From: Hyphochytrium catenoides
Lineage: Eukaryota > Protista > Hyphochytriomycota
Direction of reading: 5' to 3'
Assembly (NCBI GenBank): GCA_900088475.1
Contig: FLMG01001651.1
Span: 14,237-78,236, forward strand
Length of the DNA: 64,000 nucleotides
The notes below the pieces were generated by a model. The model was not told the origin of the DNA and searched no databases. It saw only the letters and a program-made list of their open reading frames with translations. Positions 12,529 to 24,542 of this stretch are shown piece by piece (the stretch's first letter is position 1; each line of letters begins with the position of its first letter). The position numbers were made by a program, and so were the translations under genes.

Positions 12529-13761
12529 ATGGCAGGAAGACGAATGGAAGAGCTCCACCAGCATGAGCGCTCCTCTCCGTCGTGTAACTTCCCTTACGTG
12601 CTGCCTGATTGCAAGCTAACCTATGCAGAGTATGCTGCCGGGTCAGCCTACACTGATGATGCTTGGAGCCTCTGCCTTTTATCATTAGGCATAGTTGCGA
12701 CCGCCATCAACATACTGCAGATTTGCAGGATCTGGGGCTTCTGCTGCTTGAGGCCGAACCAGCAAAGTGGGCCCCTTCTTCCCATTCAGAGAGTCTTATA
12801 CCCATCTTTGCTTCTTGCGTCTTTGGTCTTTACTTTGAAGGCGATAGATCTAGAGGGTGAGAGAGGAATACTACCCTATTCGGTTGTTCAAGCAGCTGAC
12901 GGGTTACTGAATGTCACTCTCTATGGCCTCTACTTCTTCATACTCATCTTGCTACGGTCAATTGTCACACACTTCGGTGGTGACTCTGAAGTACACGTGC
13001 CGCCATTGCTATGGAGAAGATGGGTACTCTTCATGTTGCCAGTTGTCGGGATTGAGAGCACATCTACGGTCCTGGCTTGTCTCTATGCCCGCTCTCACCA
13101 GTCGTTGTGGTGGGGCTTTGACTGCGTCCTCCTATCCCTGATCCTCTTCCTTTCTATTGCCTATGGATGCAGAGTTCTTTCCCGAGTGTCTAGGCGACTG
13201 AGAGATTCGTGGCTCTCAATGACCAACGTGCTCGAGGTTGCTGGCGTTCCCGCGCCTATGACGCAGCCAGGAGATATTGCGGTGCCACGGTGGTGGGGAC
13301 GGCCATGCAGAGCGTGGAAAGACCGACCCCGATATGAGAGGATGGGCTTTATTCTACTTGGCACTGCTTTGTTGGCCGCTCTTTTCGAGCTTTTTATTGG
13401 AATCACAACCATGGTATCCCGCAATGCTAGCGACTGGCTAGAGTACAGCATCTGCATGCAGGCAGGTGGAGGGCCCTCAATATGCAAACCCTCGGGAATA
13501 ACCGAGCACTTCCGAAACCTTTTGGTGCCTGTCCTACTACTCCTCTTTACCTTCTGCTTCTGGAGGATTAAAAGGCAGATGCCGCCTGCAGAGGTAACGG
13601 CCGCTTGCAGAGTGGCTAACGCCCCTCTATCTGCTTTCGGAAAGGCCCCAACCCGTGGGTTCTCCCTGGATTCAACTAGCGACTACTCTCAAGGCTTTAC
13701 TCCTAAGACGGAAAAACTTAGTGAGATGGATGTGATTGTCAACGATCTCATGCCAGCGTAG
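12529..13761 (+). CDS. Intronless 7-transmembrane protein, THH1/TOM1/TOM3 (GPR137-like) type
   Basis: About 410-aa uninterrupted ORF with seven hydrophobic segments and an AIDLEGERGILP loop after TM2, reminiscent of protist THH1/TOM1/TOM3-type proteins. Family call is from pattern only. Confidence 0.7.
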   Translation: MAGRRMEELHQHERSSPSCNFPYVLPDCKLTYAEYAAGSAYTDDAWSLCLLSLGIVATAINILQICRIWGFCCLRPNQQSGPLLPIQRVLYPSLLLASLVFTLKAIDLEGERGILPYSVVQAADGLLNVTLYGLYFFILILLRSIVTHFGGDSEVHVPPLLWRRWVLFMLPVVGIESTSTVLACLYARSHQSLWWGFDCVLLSLILFLSIAYGCRVLSRVSRRLRDSWLSMTNVLEVAGVPAPMTQPGDIAVPRWWGRPCRAWKDRPRYERMGFILLGTALLAALFELFIGITTMVSRNASDWLEYSICMQAGGGPSICKPSGITEHFRNLLVPVLLLLFTFCFWRIKRQMPPAEVTAACRVANAPLSAFGKAPTRGFSLDSTSDYSQGFTPKTEKLSEMDVIVNDLMPA

Positions 13762-13831
13762 CAGTCATCACCGTTGTGAAAGGCCCAAAGATTCTTCCTA
13801 CACCTGCAGCCAGAAGTATGTCGGGGAAGCG

Positions 13832-14398
13832 CTATAGATCTCTCTCTCTTTTTTCGCCTGTCTCTCTCAACTTCGCTAACCGCTCGTTGTTTCTCTTCTT
13901 CAGTATGCGAAGAGTATTCTCTTTCTCTATCTTGTGCAGCGTCTTCCAATTCGTTATCCTCCGTAGTGTACCATCCGGATTGACTAATAAACAGATATGG
14001 GTTCAGTACGTAGTTCACGCTTTCGGCGATGTATGGCTGCGTTTCGCTTAGCTTACCTACAAGGGGTCCCAACTCATCCTCCGTCGAGTATGACTCTCCT
14101 AACTTGATTTTGATGGCATCTTGATCCTTCTCACTGGGCAAGGGGAGCTGTGGAAGATGCTCCGGCGATTCGGTCTCTAAGGCCTGCTCTTCACTTAGCT
14201 CCACTCCATCAACTTTGTCTGAGATATGATAATAAGGAGAGTGAGCAGCAGACAGCCAAGATAGTGCTCCAGCCAAACTCTACCTCTTCTGATCGGAGTC
14301 GCTGATGTCTGGGTCTGGCTACTACTGCTGAGGAGGAGAAGGACCAGCATCAAGACGATGCACGAAAGAAAGACCCCTGGCACAGTCCTGGAATGCAT
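13832..14398 (-). CDS. Small conserved uncharacterised protein with predicted signal peptide (3 exons)
   Basis: Introns 14219-14283 and 13984-14056 give MHSRTVPGVFLSCIVLMLVLLLLSSS...IKLGESYSTEDELGPLVVNPDGTLRRITNWKTLHKIERENTLRILKKRNNERLAKLRETGEKRERDL*. The LGPLVVNxDGTLxRIxNW..ER..TLR.L.KRN..RL motif belongs to a conserved fungal/algal family of unknown function. Confidence 0.8.
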
Positions 14399-15113
14399 CC
14401 TTTTGTCCTTCCTTGCCCTACCGTCTCTTGGAGCAATGAGAATGCTTTATGCTCAGGCTTCAGGAGGTCAGACTTCCGCCTTTGCTTCAGATCAGAACGG
14501 CTGTTCAAAGATTGTTGGTGATGGTCATCTCTCTTTTACTCTGTCTCAATTCTGTCCCTCTGTCTTCCTCTATCTTAAATATTTAGGATTGCTCTCGTCT
14601 CTCTCTTGTCCCATTCGTCTGTCTCTCCTTCTCTGTTTTCTCCCATTTCATCTCGCTTCTACTCAATGATCTATTAATACTCGTTCTTCCGGCGTATTAA
14701 GATAGTTATTCTCCTGATAGTGGGGCATATTACTATGATTCGTCTTGGAAGCATCACAGAAAGCTGCAGCATCATCGCCTGCGCTCACTCCACATCCGAA
14801 CCGTCAGAACCTGGCTCTGTCGTCTTCTTGCTTGGACCATCTGCAGGATGATCTCCCACACTTCTCGTTGAGGAGAGGGAGAAAGAGCGAGAGAGAGAGC
14901 AAAAGAGAGAGAATGAGAAAGAGAGAGAGACCATTCGCAGGACAGTGAGGATGAGAGAGAGCGAGATGAGGATGGAGGAACACCAAACTTCGGGTTGGGC
15001 AAGGCAGCAGAAGAGGAAGGAGGCATCATTGTGAGTGTCTCTTTCAGACTCTCACACCTAAACTATAGCTGGGGGCGGACGGAGCAGCAGGCGCATATCA
15101 TGGGGAGCTGTGT

Positions 15114-18100
15114 ATGGAGCTACAATCCTACTCTCAACCGGGTTGGCTCGTCTTAGACTAGCTCAGGACACTGCCTTATGTGTCCTTGGTTATGAACGCT
15201 ATAATGGTGTTGTGGGAGCTATTAGGCCGTGCTACAGATGCTTCGTTGGGCGTTGCTGAGGCAGCGGGTGACACTAGAATGACGAGGTTTGAGGACGAGG
15301 TTATAGCTGTTATTGCTCTACTAGCTATTGTCTGCGTCCCACCATGTCTAGGTGTTAACCTTGTCTTCAACACGTTATGGCTGGTTTACTTGATGGCGAT
15401 GCTGATGGTGGGCTCGGGGGCAGGCCTCGGGATAGCGGCATCAATGGGTATTACAATGTCGGTAAGTGGGCTCACATTTGACTCTCTTTTCTACTACGAG
15501 ACCCTTCCATTGGCTCAACACGTCTCAACTGGGTCCGCCTTTCAGATATGTTGGTATACTCTCCAACTCCTAGATCGTGGGGTGTGGCCAGCCTTGCTTA
15601 AGGGCTGGCTAGGCGTGTGGGCAAGCTCAAGGAAGTTTGCAAGTCTTGGTCGAGCCGTGGACATTCTCATCCACCTTATTCTGCCTCTTACTCTAGCTAC
15701 CCTAGCTGCTCACAGAATTCAGATCTGGATGGGAGTACCCATTTTAATGTACGAGCCTAAAAACTCGCTGTTATCATGCTCGCTGTGCTAGCTAATGCTC
15801 TCACTCGACAGAGCTACACAGTGCTGGCAACTACTGGCTTGTGGATGGAGGAAACCTGCGGACAAGATGTTTCGATTCCAGCCGCCAAGGTGGGCCTGCG
15901 AGCCTGCGAAGCTCTGTCACATTTACTAGAGCTTGCGCGCACCTCTCCCATTGACTTATCTCATGTCTTTCCCTTTCGTGTTGCTGTATACACTAGCTCT
16001 CCGATTTCTTTCCCTGCCTTCTGATCTTAACCTACTACGCATTTTGGCTCTCCTCACATACAGATCTCAGGAGTTCTGGGAGGCCGCCTTTAAGATTGAG
16101 TTTGCCTTGGATCTGCTAGTGCCAGTGATGGTAATTATGGCTCAACAGGTAGAAATTGCACATATACTCTGTTGCTTAAGTCTAGCCTGCACTTCCCTCT
16201 CACGGGCCTGCTTAGCGTAGCAGGAGCGTCATCCTTGGCACGTATGTTGTGGCTATGATAGTGCTGGCAGTCGTCATCTGTCGTTCACTCGTCCACCCCT
16301 TACTGCGATCAAAAGCGAAAGAGATTCTTCTACGTCTTCTTTCGCGAGGTGGTATTAGAGTGGATCAGGTACGACTTCATTGCGCCTTACAGTTACGTGA
16401 ATTGATTCCTCTCGCCTGCCAACTGCAGGATATACTAGTCCATGACGATGCCTTCTGGTTAGAATGGTTGACCTCTGGAATGTTAGCTATAGGAGAGTCC
16501 TACATGGTTGGTGGTGGTCCTTTCGTCTGCGGGCCTACATCTTAATTCCTAAGCGTCCAGTGTTAGGCTTTGCAATGGGAAGAGGGCCATATGCCTCTGC
16601 ATATCCTGCTGTCACGGCTGATGAGTCTACCCAGCGCTGCACGGCGAGAGGTGCTTCCTAATAATCAACTGCTAGAACAGCCTGCCTAATGGACTGATTA
16701 AGGGGCCGTTCGTAGGTATTCAGCTCCTGGACTGCTCGGCTGGTAGCTTTGGTTGCAAGGATATTCTCCTATCCATCCTCCTCTGAGAGACATTTGGTGA
16801 ACATGGCAAGTAGGCGTCTCTGTTTTGTCGACTATTTGTGCCGAAGCCGCTATTGCTGACTGTCTGAGAGGATACAAGAGCTGACCATGCTGACTATCCC
16901 CACCCTTCTTTCAGATCCAGTCCCAGTACGAGATTACTGAAGACTTTTATCAACCTTGGCTGGACTCAAGCCTTAGATTTACTCCGGGGGCTTGGGATGA
17001 TCAACCGTCAGAAGATCTTGAGGTTCGGGGCTCATCACGATGAGAAGACTGGCTTGTTGATAGTTTGGTCACCCCTTCTCATCAGATAGCGCAAGATAGA
17101 GAAGTTACAAGGCTAAAAGGGCTTCTTCAGCTCGAGGTAGGCTCTACAGTGCTATGTAGGCGAATAGATTCCACCGATAAAGCTTCCTTGATCTGTCTGC
17201 AGGAAGGACTGAACTTACTTGTATGGACTCCGAGCCCTTGTGCAGGACTAGCGGCACGACTAGCGGATGGAGAAAATGTGAATGTCACTGCCTTACTGCC
17301 TCCATCAGATATGCTAGGTGTTACGCAGCTCCCAAACAACCTGACACTGCTGCGAAGCACCTTACTTGATGTGAGAACTTTGAGCAGGGCATGGGCCTCT
17401 CTGCACCGACACTTCCTTCTTTGCTCTGAAACTTGCTGAGACTCGAGATTTTTTTGCCCCTGCCGAAGTGGGTGACCCTCTAGTCGTGTTACATGTTTGG
17501 GACCCTTCTAGCTTCTAACCCTTTTGTTGCAGATCAATCGCCACTGCCAACGGGCTCACTTTGATCGAGTGCTCATTATAAATGGCCTTGAGACGCTAGG
17601 CATGCACAGCATCGGCGCCCTATCAAAGAGTCTGAAATACGTGTGCAAACCTTATGCCAGAATTTGTCTCTATGTGACTTGTTCCCCTCAGCCGATACAC
17701 ATGCCCGAGCAGAAATGGTTAACCAAGTATGTAACTCTTCCATTCCCATTCTAGTCAGCAAGTAACCTGAGAAGGTTCGCGATGGATAGAAGTGGATCTA
17801 TGCTTGCGCCTCTGACCAATTACTCGACTTCTTTCCAGACACATAACAAGTAACAAGAAGCATTTCGTCCCATCCTTTAACCACGTGTGGCGGTACTTAG
17901 GGCAAGAGTTTGTGATTGAGGTATGCAATAGCTACTACATGAACATGCTTTAGGAGACTAACTAATGTGCAGAGCTCTGAGAATCGAACAAGGGATGCCT
18001 TTTTAACGTACGAAGCCTGGATAGGGAGATTTCAGCGGAGCAGTACGGATGGGGTTGTTCATGTACCCCCTTTTCTTCGTCGCACATGGCACTTTCTACT

Positions 18101-18170
18101 CAGCTATTATGCCGCATCGTACAACGTTCATAGTCTTCAGTACCAAGAGTTTGTTGTCACCAACGCCTAA
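15114..18170 (+). CDS. Multi-TM domain fused to a degenerate cyclopropane-fatty-acyl-phospholipid synthase (Cfa)-like domain; start uncertain
   Basis: Spliced exons read: TM region, then KEILLRLLSRGGIRVDQ-DILVHDDAFWLEWLTSGMLAIGESYM, QYEITEDFYQPWLDSSLRFTPGAW, IAQDREVTRL, FDRVLIINGLETLG, FLRRTWHFLLSYYAASYNVHSLQYQEFVV. Collinear with Cfa motifs. Confidence 0.8.
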
Positions 18171-18393
18171 CCAATTGAAGGCCAGGGAACAAGATCGAAG
18201 AGGGAAAAGAGTCTGGCGCTAAGCCCAACTTTACGGTGACGCCTGTTACCATCATCTTTAGCCCTATGGACCCCAATATGTCTAGCCCTATGGCCTTTGA
18301 ACCCCGCTATTGAGGTTACACCGTGATATTTATTTGCTAAATAGGCATTCCCCTTGCTTGAGAGCTTCTGCGACAACCTCATAAGTTTAGTTG

Positions 18394-20029
18394 CTACCCT
18401 TCTTCCTCGAAAATAAGATCTAGAGCCGTGCGTACTGACTCTGTAATATGATGCGGGTCAAATCTAGTCGGCTGGCCTTCTTTGTAGACACCGGTCTTGA
18501 CTAATACCCCAGTCCAATGGTGTCCGGCCCCTAGGGCACCAGCTATGTCGGACTCTGGGTTATCGCCTATCATATAGTATCTATGTACTCCTTTGTAGCC
18601 CATTTGTTTGGCCTGATGGAGGTATGTTAGTGAGTGCTTGACAAAGACAACCCAAGAAAACATGACCTGCTCCTCCATCGTTGATTCTGCAAAGTAGTAG
18701 CTGAGCTTATCCGGCTTCCCATACCAGGTACTTTGTAAAGGTCTAAAGGTGCATATGCAGGCGGGTAAGAGACGGGAAAAGGGAGAGTATGATAGAGAAC
18801 AAACAGTTCCCTGGCAAGTGGAGGTATAATCACGGCAATAATGGGTTTGCAGTTACCTATTGGTGGCGCTTTCATAGAGGTGCTCTAATAGGCGCCCGAA
18901 CACCCCCGATCCAAATCGGGGTAAGTGATACTCTGTCACATATCTATGAAAAGAAGGCAGCAGTCTTAGATACAGCGTCCCAGCGGGAGCGGGTAAAGAA
19001 TACGTACTCAAAGTCTGGACAAGAGAAAAATATAGGGACCACCTGCTTGTCCGCTATGGTCCCTGGTCTCCCATCTGATCTTAGGACGTCGCAGAGGATC
19101 TTTACGAACGTCGCTCTCAGCCTCCAAGGTTTTCAGAGGGAATGAATCACCTGAGAACTCACCTGCATCTCCCGACTCCAAATAAGGGGGTCCATAAAGA
19201 CCAAGACTGCGCCTATCGGTTCATGAAATCTGTCAACCTTAGGCACAGCCCTGGGCTCTATATCTGCACTGACAAAGTAAGTTCACTGGTATGCCCTGGC
19301 GCTATAGAAGGCTAGGTACTTACCAGGATAGAGGTGCGGGAATTGTTCATGATATTCATCTACTGTCACTATGTTACGGAAGCCATAACTGTAAGCAAGA
19401 CAACCGTGTAACGTCAGTACAAGCGTCTCCGCTCATCTATCACCTTACCCCTACCTCTCAGAGATCTCTTTGGCCTTCTCCTTTCCAACAACGAGCACCA
19501 GCTTTGATCCGTACTCGGGAATCAATGCCTTCATTGGGGTGTGCGCCAACTGCAGCTGTATCAGATGTAGAGGTGTCAATTCAAGAACGATGACGAGCCG
19601 TAAGCAGCCACACTGACTTGATCGCTGTTGATCTTCAGGCCCTGCAGGATAATGGACGGAAATAGGAGAACACTGTGAGATTTGAGTTCATAGTGCAGAA
19701 TGCGTGCTGAGCCATACAAGTTTCTTGCTTAGGATGTCTGCTCTTTCATCCTCAGTCTGTCCTCCACCATTCGTCATGAAGAGGTGCGGTACCCTGAAGT
19801 GTGGGTGAGGATAGATGAATAGCGTAAAGTCATACACAATGGCTTGCCTGTTCTTGCGGAGAAGCTCAATCGTGTCCACAGCACCAGGCAGCACCTCCGT
19901 GCCACGGTAAAGAACCCCATCTATGTCCATGACCACGCCAAAGGTGGACTTGGCACTCGTCGAAGAAAAAGTCCTCCTGCGTAAGCATCGATGCGATCGC
20001 CAGAGCATCTCCCCACTTCTTCGCAACAT
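18394..20029 (-). CDS. HAD-superfamily IIA hydrolase, HDHD5/CECR5-like, probable mitochondrial presequence
   Basis: Motifs MDIDGVL, FMTNGGG, GKP and YMIGDNPESDIAGA...LVKTGVY; Arg/Ser-rich N-terminus; multi-exon. Confidence 0.9.
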
Positions 20030-20666
20030 AGCTCAACGTCTCAGCCCACTACCAGGAAAGACGCTGGTATTTAGAGGAGAAGCTCTTTACACTGTTCTGA
20101 CCTATCGGCAGCGGCGGTGACTCTCTTCTGGTGTCTCCGAATCAAGCCCTGCTCATCTACGTCTGGAGTGGACCAGTGAGCTCTGTCCTGTGCGATCATC
20201 GTGCCAGCAAGTTGATAGGCAGATTGCTTGACTTGCTTGATGAACGTGAAGCTTTCTCTTCTTACCTCCCCTCTGCTACTCTGGGTTATCACAAAGGAAT
20301 CCAAGCCTTCGATTCTATAATAGTTACCTTTTCGCACCGACATCCGTTAACGGCCCATGAAGGTCCGCTTAGTTGCAAAATTCAAAATCACAGTAAATTG
20401 TATTGATTCTCTGCCGTTCTGGCGCTCTGTCTTCTACAAGTAGCAAGAGCAGACCTCCTCTATATCCCCAGCTCCGCGGATCCGAAGGAGAATCTGAGTG
20501 TGCTCGTTCAGTCTATCACGCCCCGATGATTCACACCTGAAGACTCATTGCAGAGTTATAGGGGCCAGCTCCTGGTCAGAAAGGCTGTGCGCACTAAGCA
20601 TTTAGACCCTAATCCATCTGGTCACCGTTAAAATACTCAAACTCTGTACCGGGACGATAAGGAAAG

Positions 20667-23600
20667 ATGGCATTGAAACATAGGAGACTTACAATTGGCC
20701 AGGGCGACGGGACTCCTGATGGCCCAGATGGGCAAGCAAAGCTCGCCGAAAACGATGATGCAGACGAGCGTATCAAAAGGTTCCTCACTATCGAGCACAT
20801 TCCTTTCTGGTCAGACCGCTGATTATGTCCTTTCAGGCGATTATCGAGAGCTTTTGAGTCCAGGAGGAAGTCCCTGGGTCCTGGCAAGTCCCCATTCAAA
20901 TCTCATAGTGAAATTGCAGAGATGTATGCGGCCATTATCAAGATGGCTTCTGAAAATGTAAGTGTTAGAGCGATGCATGCGCCAAACACAGTCATCATGA
21001 ACCACTAACCGATCCCATACAGAAAATTAATCAAAAGAACGCTTGGTCTCTACACCTAATTGACCATGTGGATGACCTCATCGAAGACTCCCAGTAAGTT
21101 AAGTGCCATTATTCGTGGCCTCTCATTCATCTCAAGGGTATACGCCCACAGTCCGACTAACTGTGTTACGCAGCAACAAAGCGAAGCAGCATGAGACATA
21201 TAACTTCCAGAAAGCCAGCTGCACCCTAGACGCGAGTGTTAAGATATATTCCTATCGAGTGGACGACACCTACTCTGCTTCCTTCAAGATCCTCGAAAAC
21301 TTGAGCAGGACAGGAGGAGGAGGAGGTAGCTATGGTGTATGTAGGTTCTTTCTTCTTTCAATGATTACTGAGTTCTCATGTGTAGAAAGTAAACAAGGAG
21401 AGGAGGAAGATGTCGTGGGACAGGAAAAGACTGCTGCCCGGAAGGTGAGTCTAAGCTCCTGCCATTTCTCCCTCATTTACTCTTCTCCTCATGTTTTACC
21501 CTGTTCCTTGGGCTCTTATCCATAAGATGACTTCTTGATCTATAGCATAACACCTCTTGCCCAACTCGCAAGAAACTAACTCTTGGTCGCCAGTTTACAC
21601 CGACAGCTACCTTGGAGCAAAACCTTAACAACATCAACGTGAAAAACTTTGACCTAGCATTTGATCTGGATCCACTGTTCATGAAGGTACTATCTCAGTG
21701 CGGACGTTCATTTTACTCTAAAGCTGACTTCTGCTGCAGATGTCACAAAAATTTGATGAGGGAGGAGCTAGGGGTATGCTCCTGGCCAACCTGGTGAGCT
21801 TCTACGACTAGGAGAAGATAATTTCGCCTCAAGAAATGCTCATACTCCGCTCGATTCCCACCATTAGAACTTAGGCAACAATTGCAATCTTATATTCGAT
21901 TCATCGGAGACCTCTCAGGCGAAAGCCTTCACCGACGAATCCAGCTCCGCAGACGCGAAGGAGACCATTGATGTTTCTTCGTTGTCTGCCACATTTGTCT
22001 CTATTTGTCCAAATGTTGAGGTACGTATCACCTACTCTCAGTGAGGTACCAATTAGGAAAGAGAAGAGACTTCACATAAACTTGTAACTATCTTTTTGGC
22101 AAAGGGATAGCTGTATCTCTCCCATACAGATTCCCCTACAACCCTGTTCCGTCCCCTTCTGACTTTTCTGCTGGGCTGCGACTTCTTGTCACACTAGGAA
22201 GTTCAAGTATGTCCCCGTTTAGAGGTGCTCTACAACAAGATAGAAGCGCTGAAGACCGGGTCGGGCTATACTAGGGAAAAGGTACCTCTTGGTCTCTTAG
22301 ATTGCCAGACTTTCACTAACTTCACATGAATCTAGGGAGATAAAGCTTCGCCTGAGGACGAAGATTCTGACGTAGATGAGGCTCAGTATGACTTCGGATA
22401 TGGAGAGTCTGACACTGAAGATCACTTACAGGTGCTTTAGCTGATTCCTTAAGTCAGGGTAGACTCCTAAAGACCTAACGCTATCTTGGAAGCTAGCCGT
22501 GGCAACAGGAAGAGCAACTGCAGGAAAACCTTGGCCGAGAATCAGAGGAACCAATCACTCAGAAGTCTATGAAGGACGAGAATAGCTTTTCCACTTCCAC
22601 AACAAGTGGCATACTCGATCAGATATCCTTTTCACAGCGCGTTCTACCCTCTATCTAGCCATTCCTCTCTTCTTTGCTGCATAATCAGATATCTGCGTCT
22701 GCGAAATGAAAGTTTGTCTCTTACATCATGAACACATAGAGCTAGTTCTCTTGGAGTCACTGGAGTCAGACTTCTCCAATGAATACGCTTATTTTGACCC
22801 GAAAAGGATGCAGAACTGGGCTGGCGCCAACCATTGGAAATTTTCGTCAGCAGCAAAGCGGAAAGAACAGCACAGCAGCGACCTTGGGACGTCGGGTGGT
22901 GTACCTGAAAATCACGAAGTCGGTGCTGAAAAGTAAGTCAAAGACCTATGCCCAGCTATTATTGACGTTGTATGAAGGTTCTACCTACTACGGATAACCT
23001 TGGCAGGACACTAACAAAGTTTCTCTTCCATATCTGCTCCAATTGGCTCACGGCTACTACTGCAGGCCCTCCAGAAAGAAAAAGGCGCCTTTCCTCATTG
23101 ACTTTTGGGCTGATCCTGCTGCCATCAATGATCGATTTGATAAGCCTTCCCGATCTATGACCTCTACGCAACTTACCGCCGCGGCGCTTACCAAGGCACA
23201 AAACTCTGCTGCTTCGCTCATTCTTCCGAACGATTTGCACTTCAAAGTATCAGATTTGCTAACGCTCTTCACGAAGAAACGAGTTCTGTTAAAGAACTAT
23301 AGTCCTCTCCAAGCCTCTTCTCCGTCCACTGGGGGAGGGGCTTATTCGGCTTTCTATGCACATCCAAACCCTGCCTCAAGCGACCTTGAGGACGAGGACG
23401 GAGGGGAATTTGTAGGTGGATTTGGAGATGAGAGTGATGGAGAAGAAGAGGTTCGGCCAGGAGAAGGGCCCCGTCTGGATACTGCATCGGGTCTAATTGT
23501 TGATGACTTTGCCGGTAAGTATTCCCTTTAGATGCATCGTCTCGCTCCTTTCTATTCTTCTTTATCGAAGTGACACTAAACGTTAGGAGATCATCCTATA

Positions 23601-24228
23601 CACCATAACCGGGTCTGTTGTCACTCCTTACAGGCGATAGGTTATTAACTTCTTCTTCAATACCTCCACGACCTCATTGCTTTCTTCTACAGTGTCAGGG
23701 CTCATTCAAGCAGACAGGAAAGTAGAACGAATTCAGCTAAATCATGCGACGGTAGCGAAGAAGGTAGATGTAAAGAGGCTGAAGGAAAACCTCTGGGACT
23801 ATGTGGGCCACACAGCTAGCAGCCCGGAAGCAGACAAAATCCAAACCCCTGCTTCCTCCGCCGCTGCCATGGAAGAGGAAAGGGTAAGTCTGAATCTCCA
23901 TCTGAGCATCTTTAAGATCTCACTTACACTTGTCTCTTTTGCAACATACCACATAGCAAAAGGAAACGCAGTCAGAAAAGCAAGAACTAACGTTCAGTAA
24001 GACCATGGGAGCGGTATCCAATAATGTAAGCCATTTATCCGGAACGGTGCCACGCCTCTCAGATGTCGGACATGGACGCTTACAGACAGCATTCTTTTGC
24101 TCTATCAGGTCCCTTCAAACGTGACCGTACCATTTTACTTCATTTGCTTGCTACACTTGGCGAATGAGAAGCACCTTTCTCTAGTAGGACAGGAAGATCT
24201 GTCTGACTTCAAGATTTATCAAGATTAG
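20667..24228 (+). CDS. NCAPH: Condensin I kleisin subunit CAP-H (Barren/Cnd2)
   Basis: [102 protein letters not shown]. Confidence 0.96.
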
Positions 24229-24542
24229 AATCTTTACTAAAGAAGAAAAGACGAAGAAGTCTGCATTGATTCGCTTTGAGGAAGGGCGGGTTGACCTGCA
24301 GACGACGCACAGAACAAATAGCCAAAAATGCAGCGAACTGAAGCTGGCATAAATATAGGAGATGATGAGCTACAGAAGGGTCCCGAGCCCCCAAGCTTGA
24401 GGGGCAATAAACGGAGCTTACGCAGCGGCAGCTGATAAGTGACGAAAGCTCAGAGTGAGGGTAGAATGGAGGGATGGAGAGTCAAGACAATAAATAGTGT
24501 GTGAACGGTTTTCTTCTAGCATGCGTGCGTCCTAAAACGTCA

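Noticed and set aside
13689-13983. Antisense CDS overlap between ORF 13689-14276 and the 7TM gene
   Set aside because: Splicing shifts the frame; the conserved product stops at 13832.
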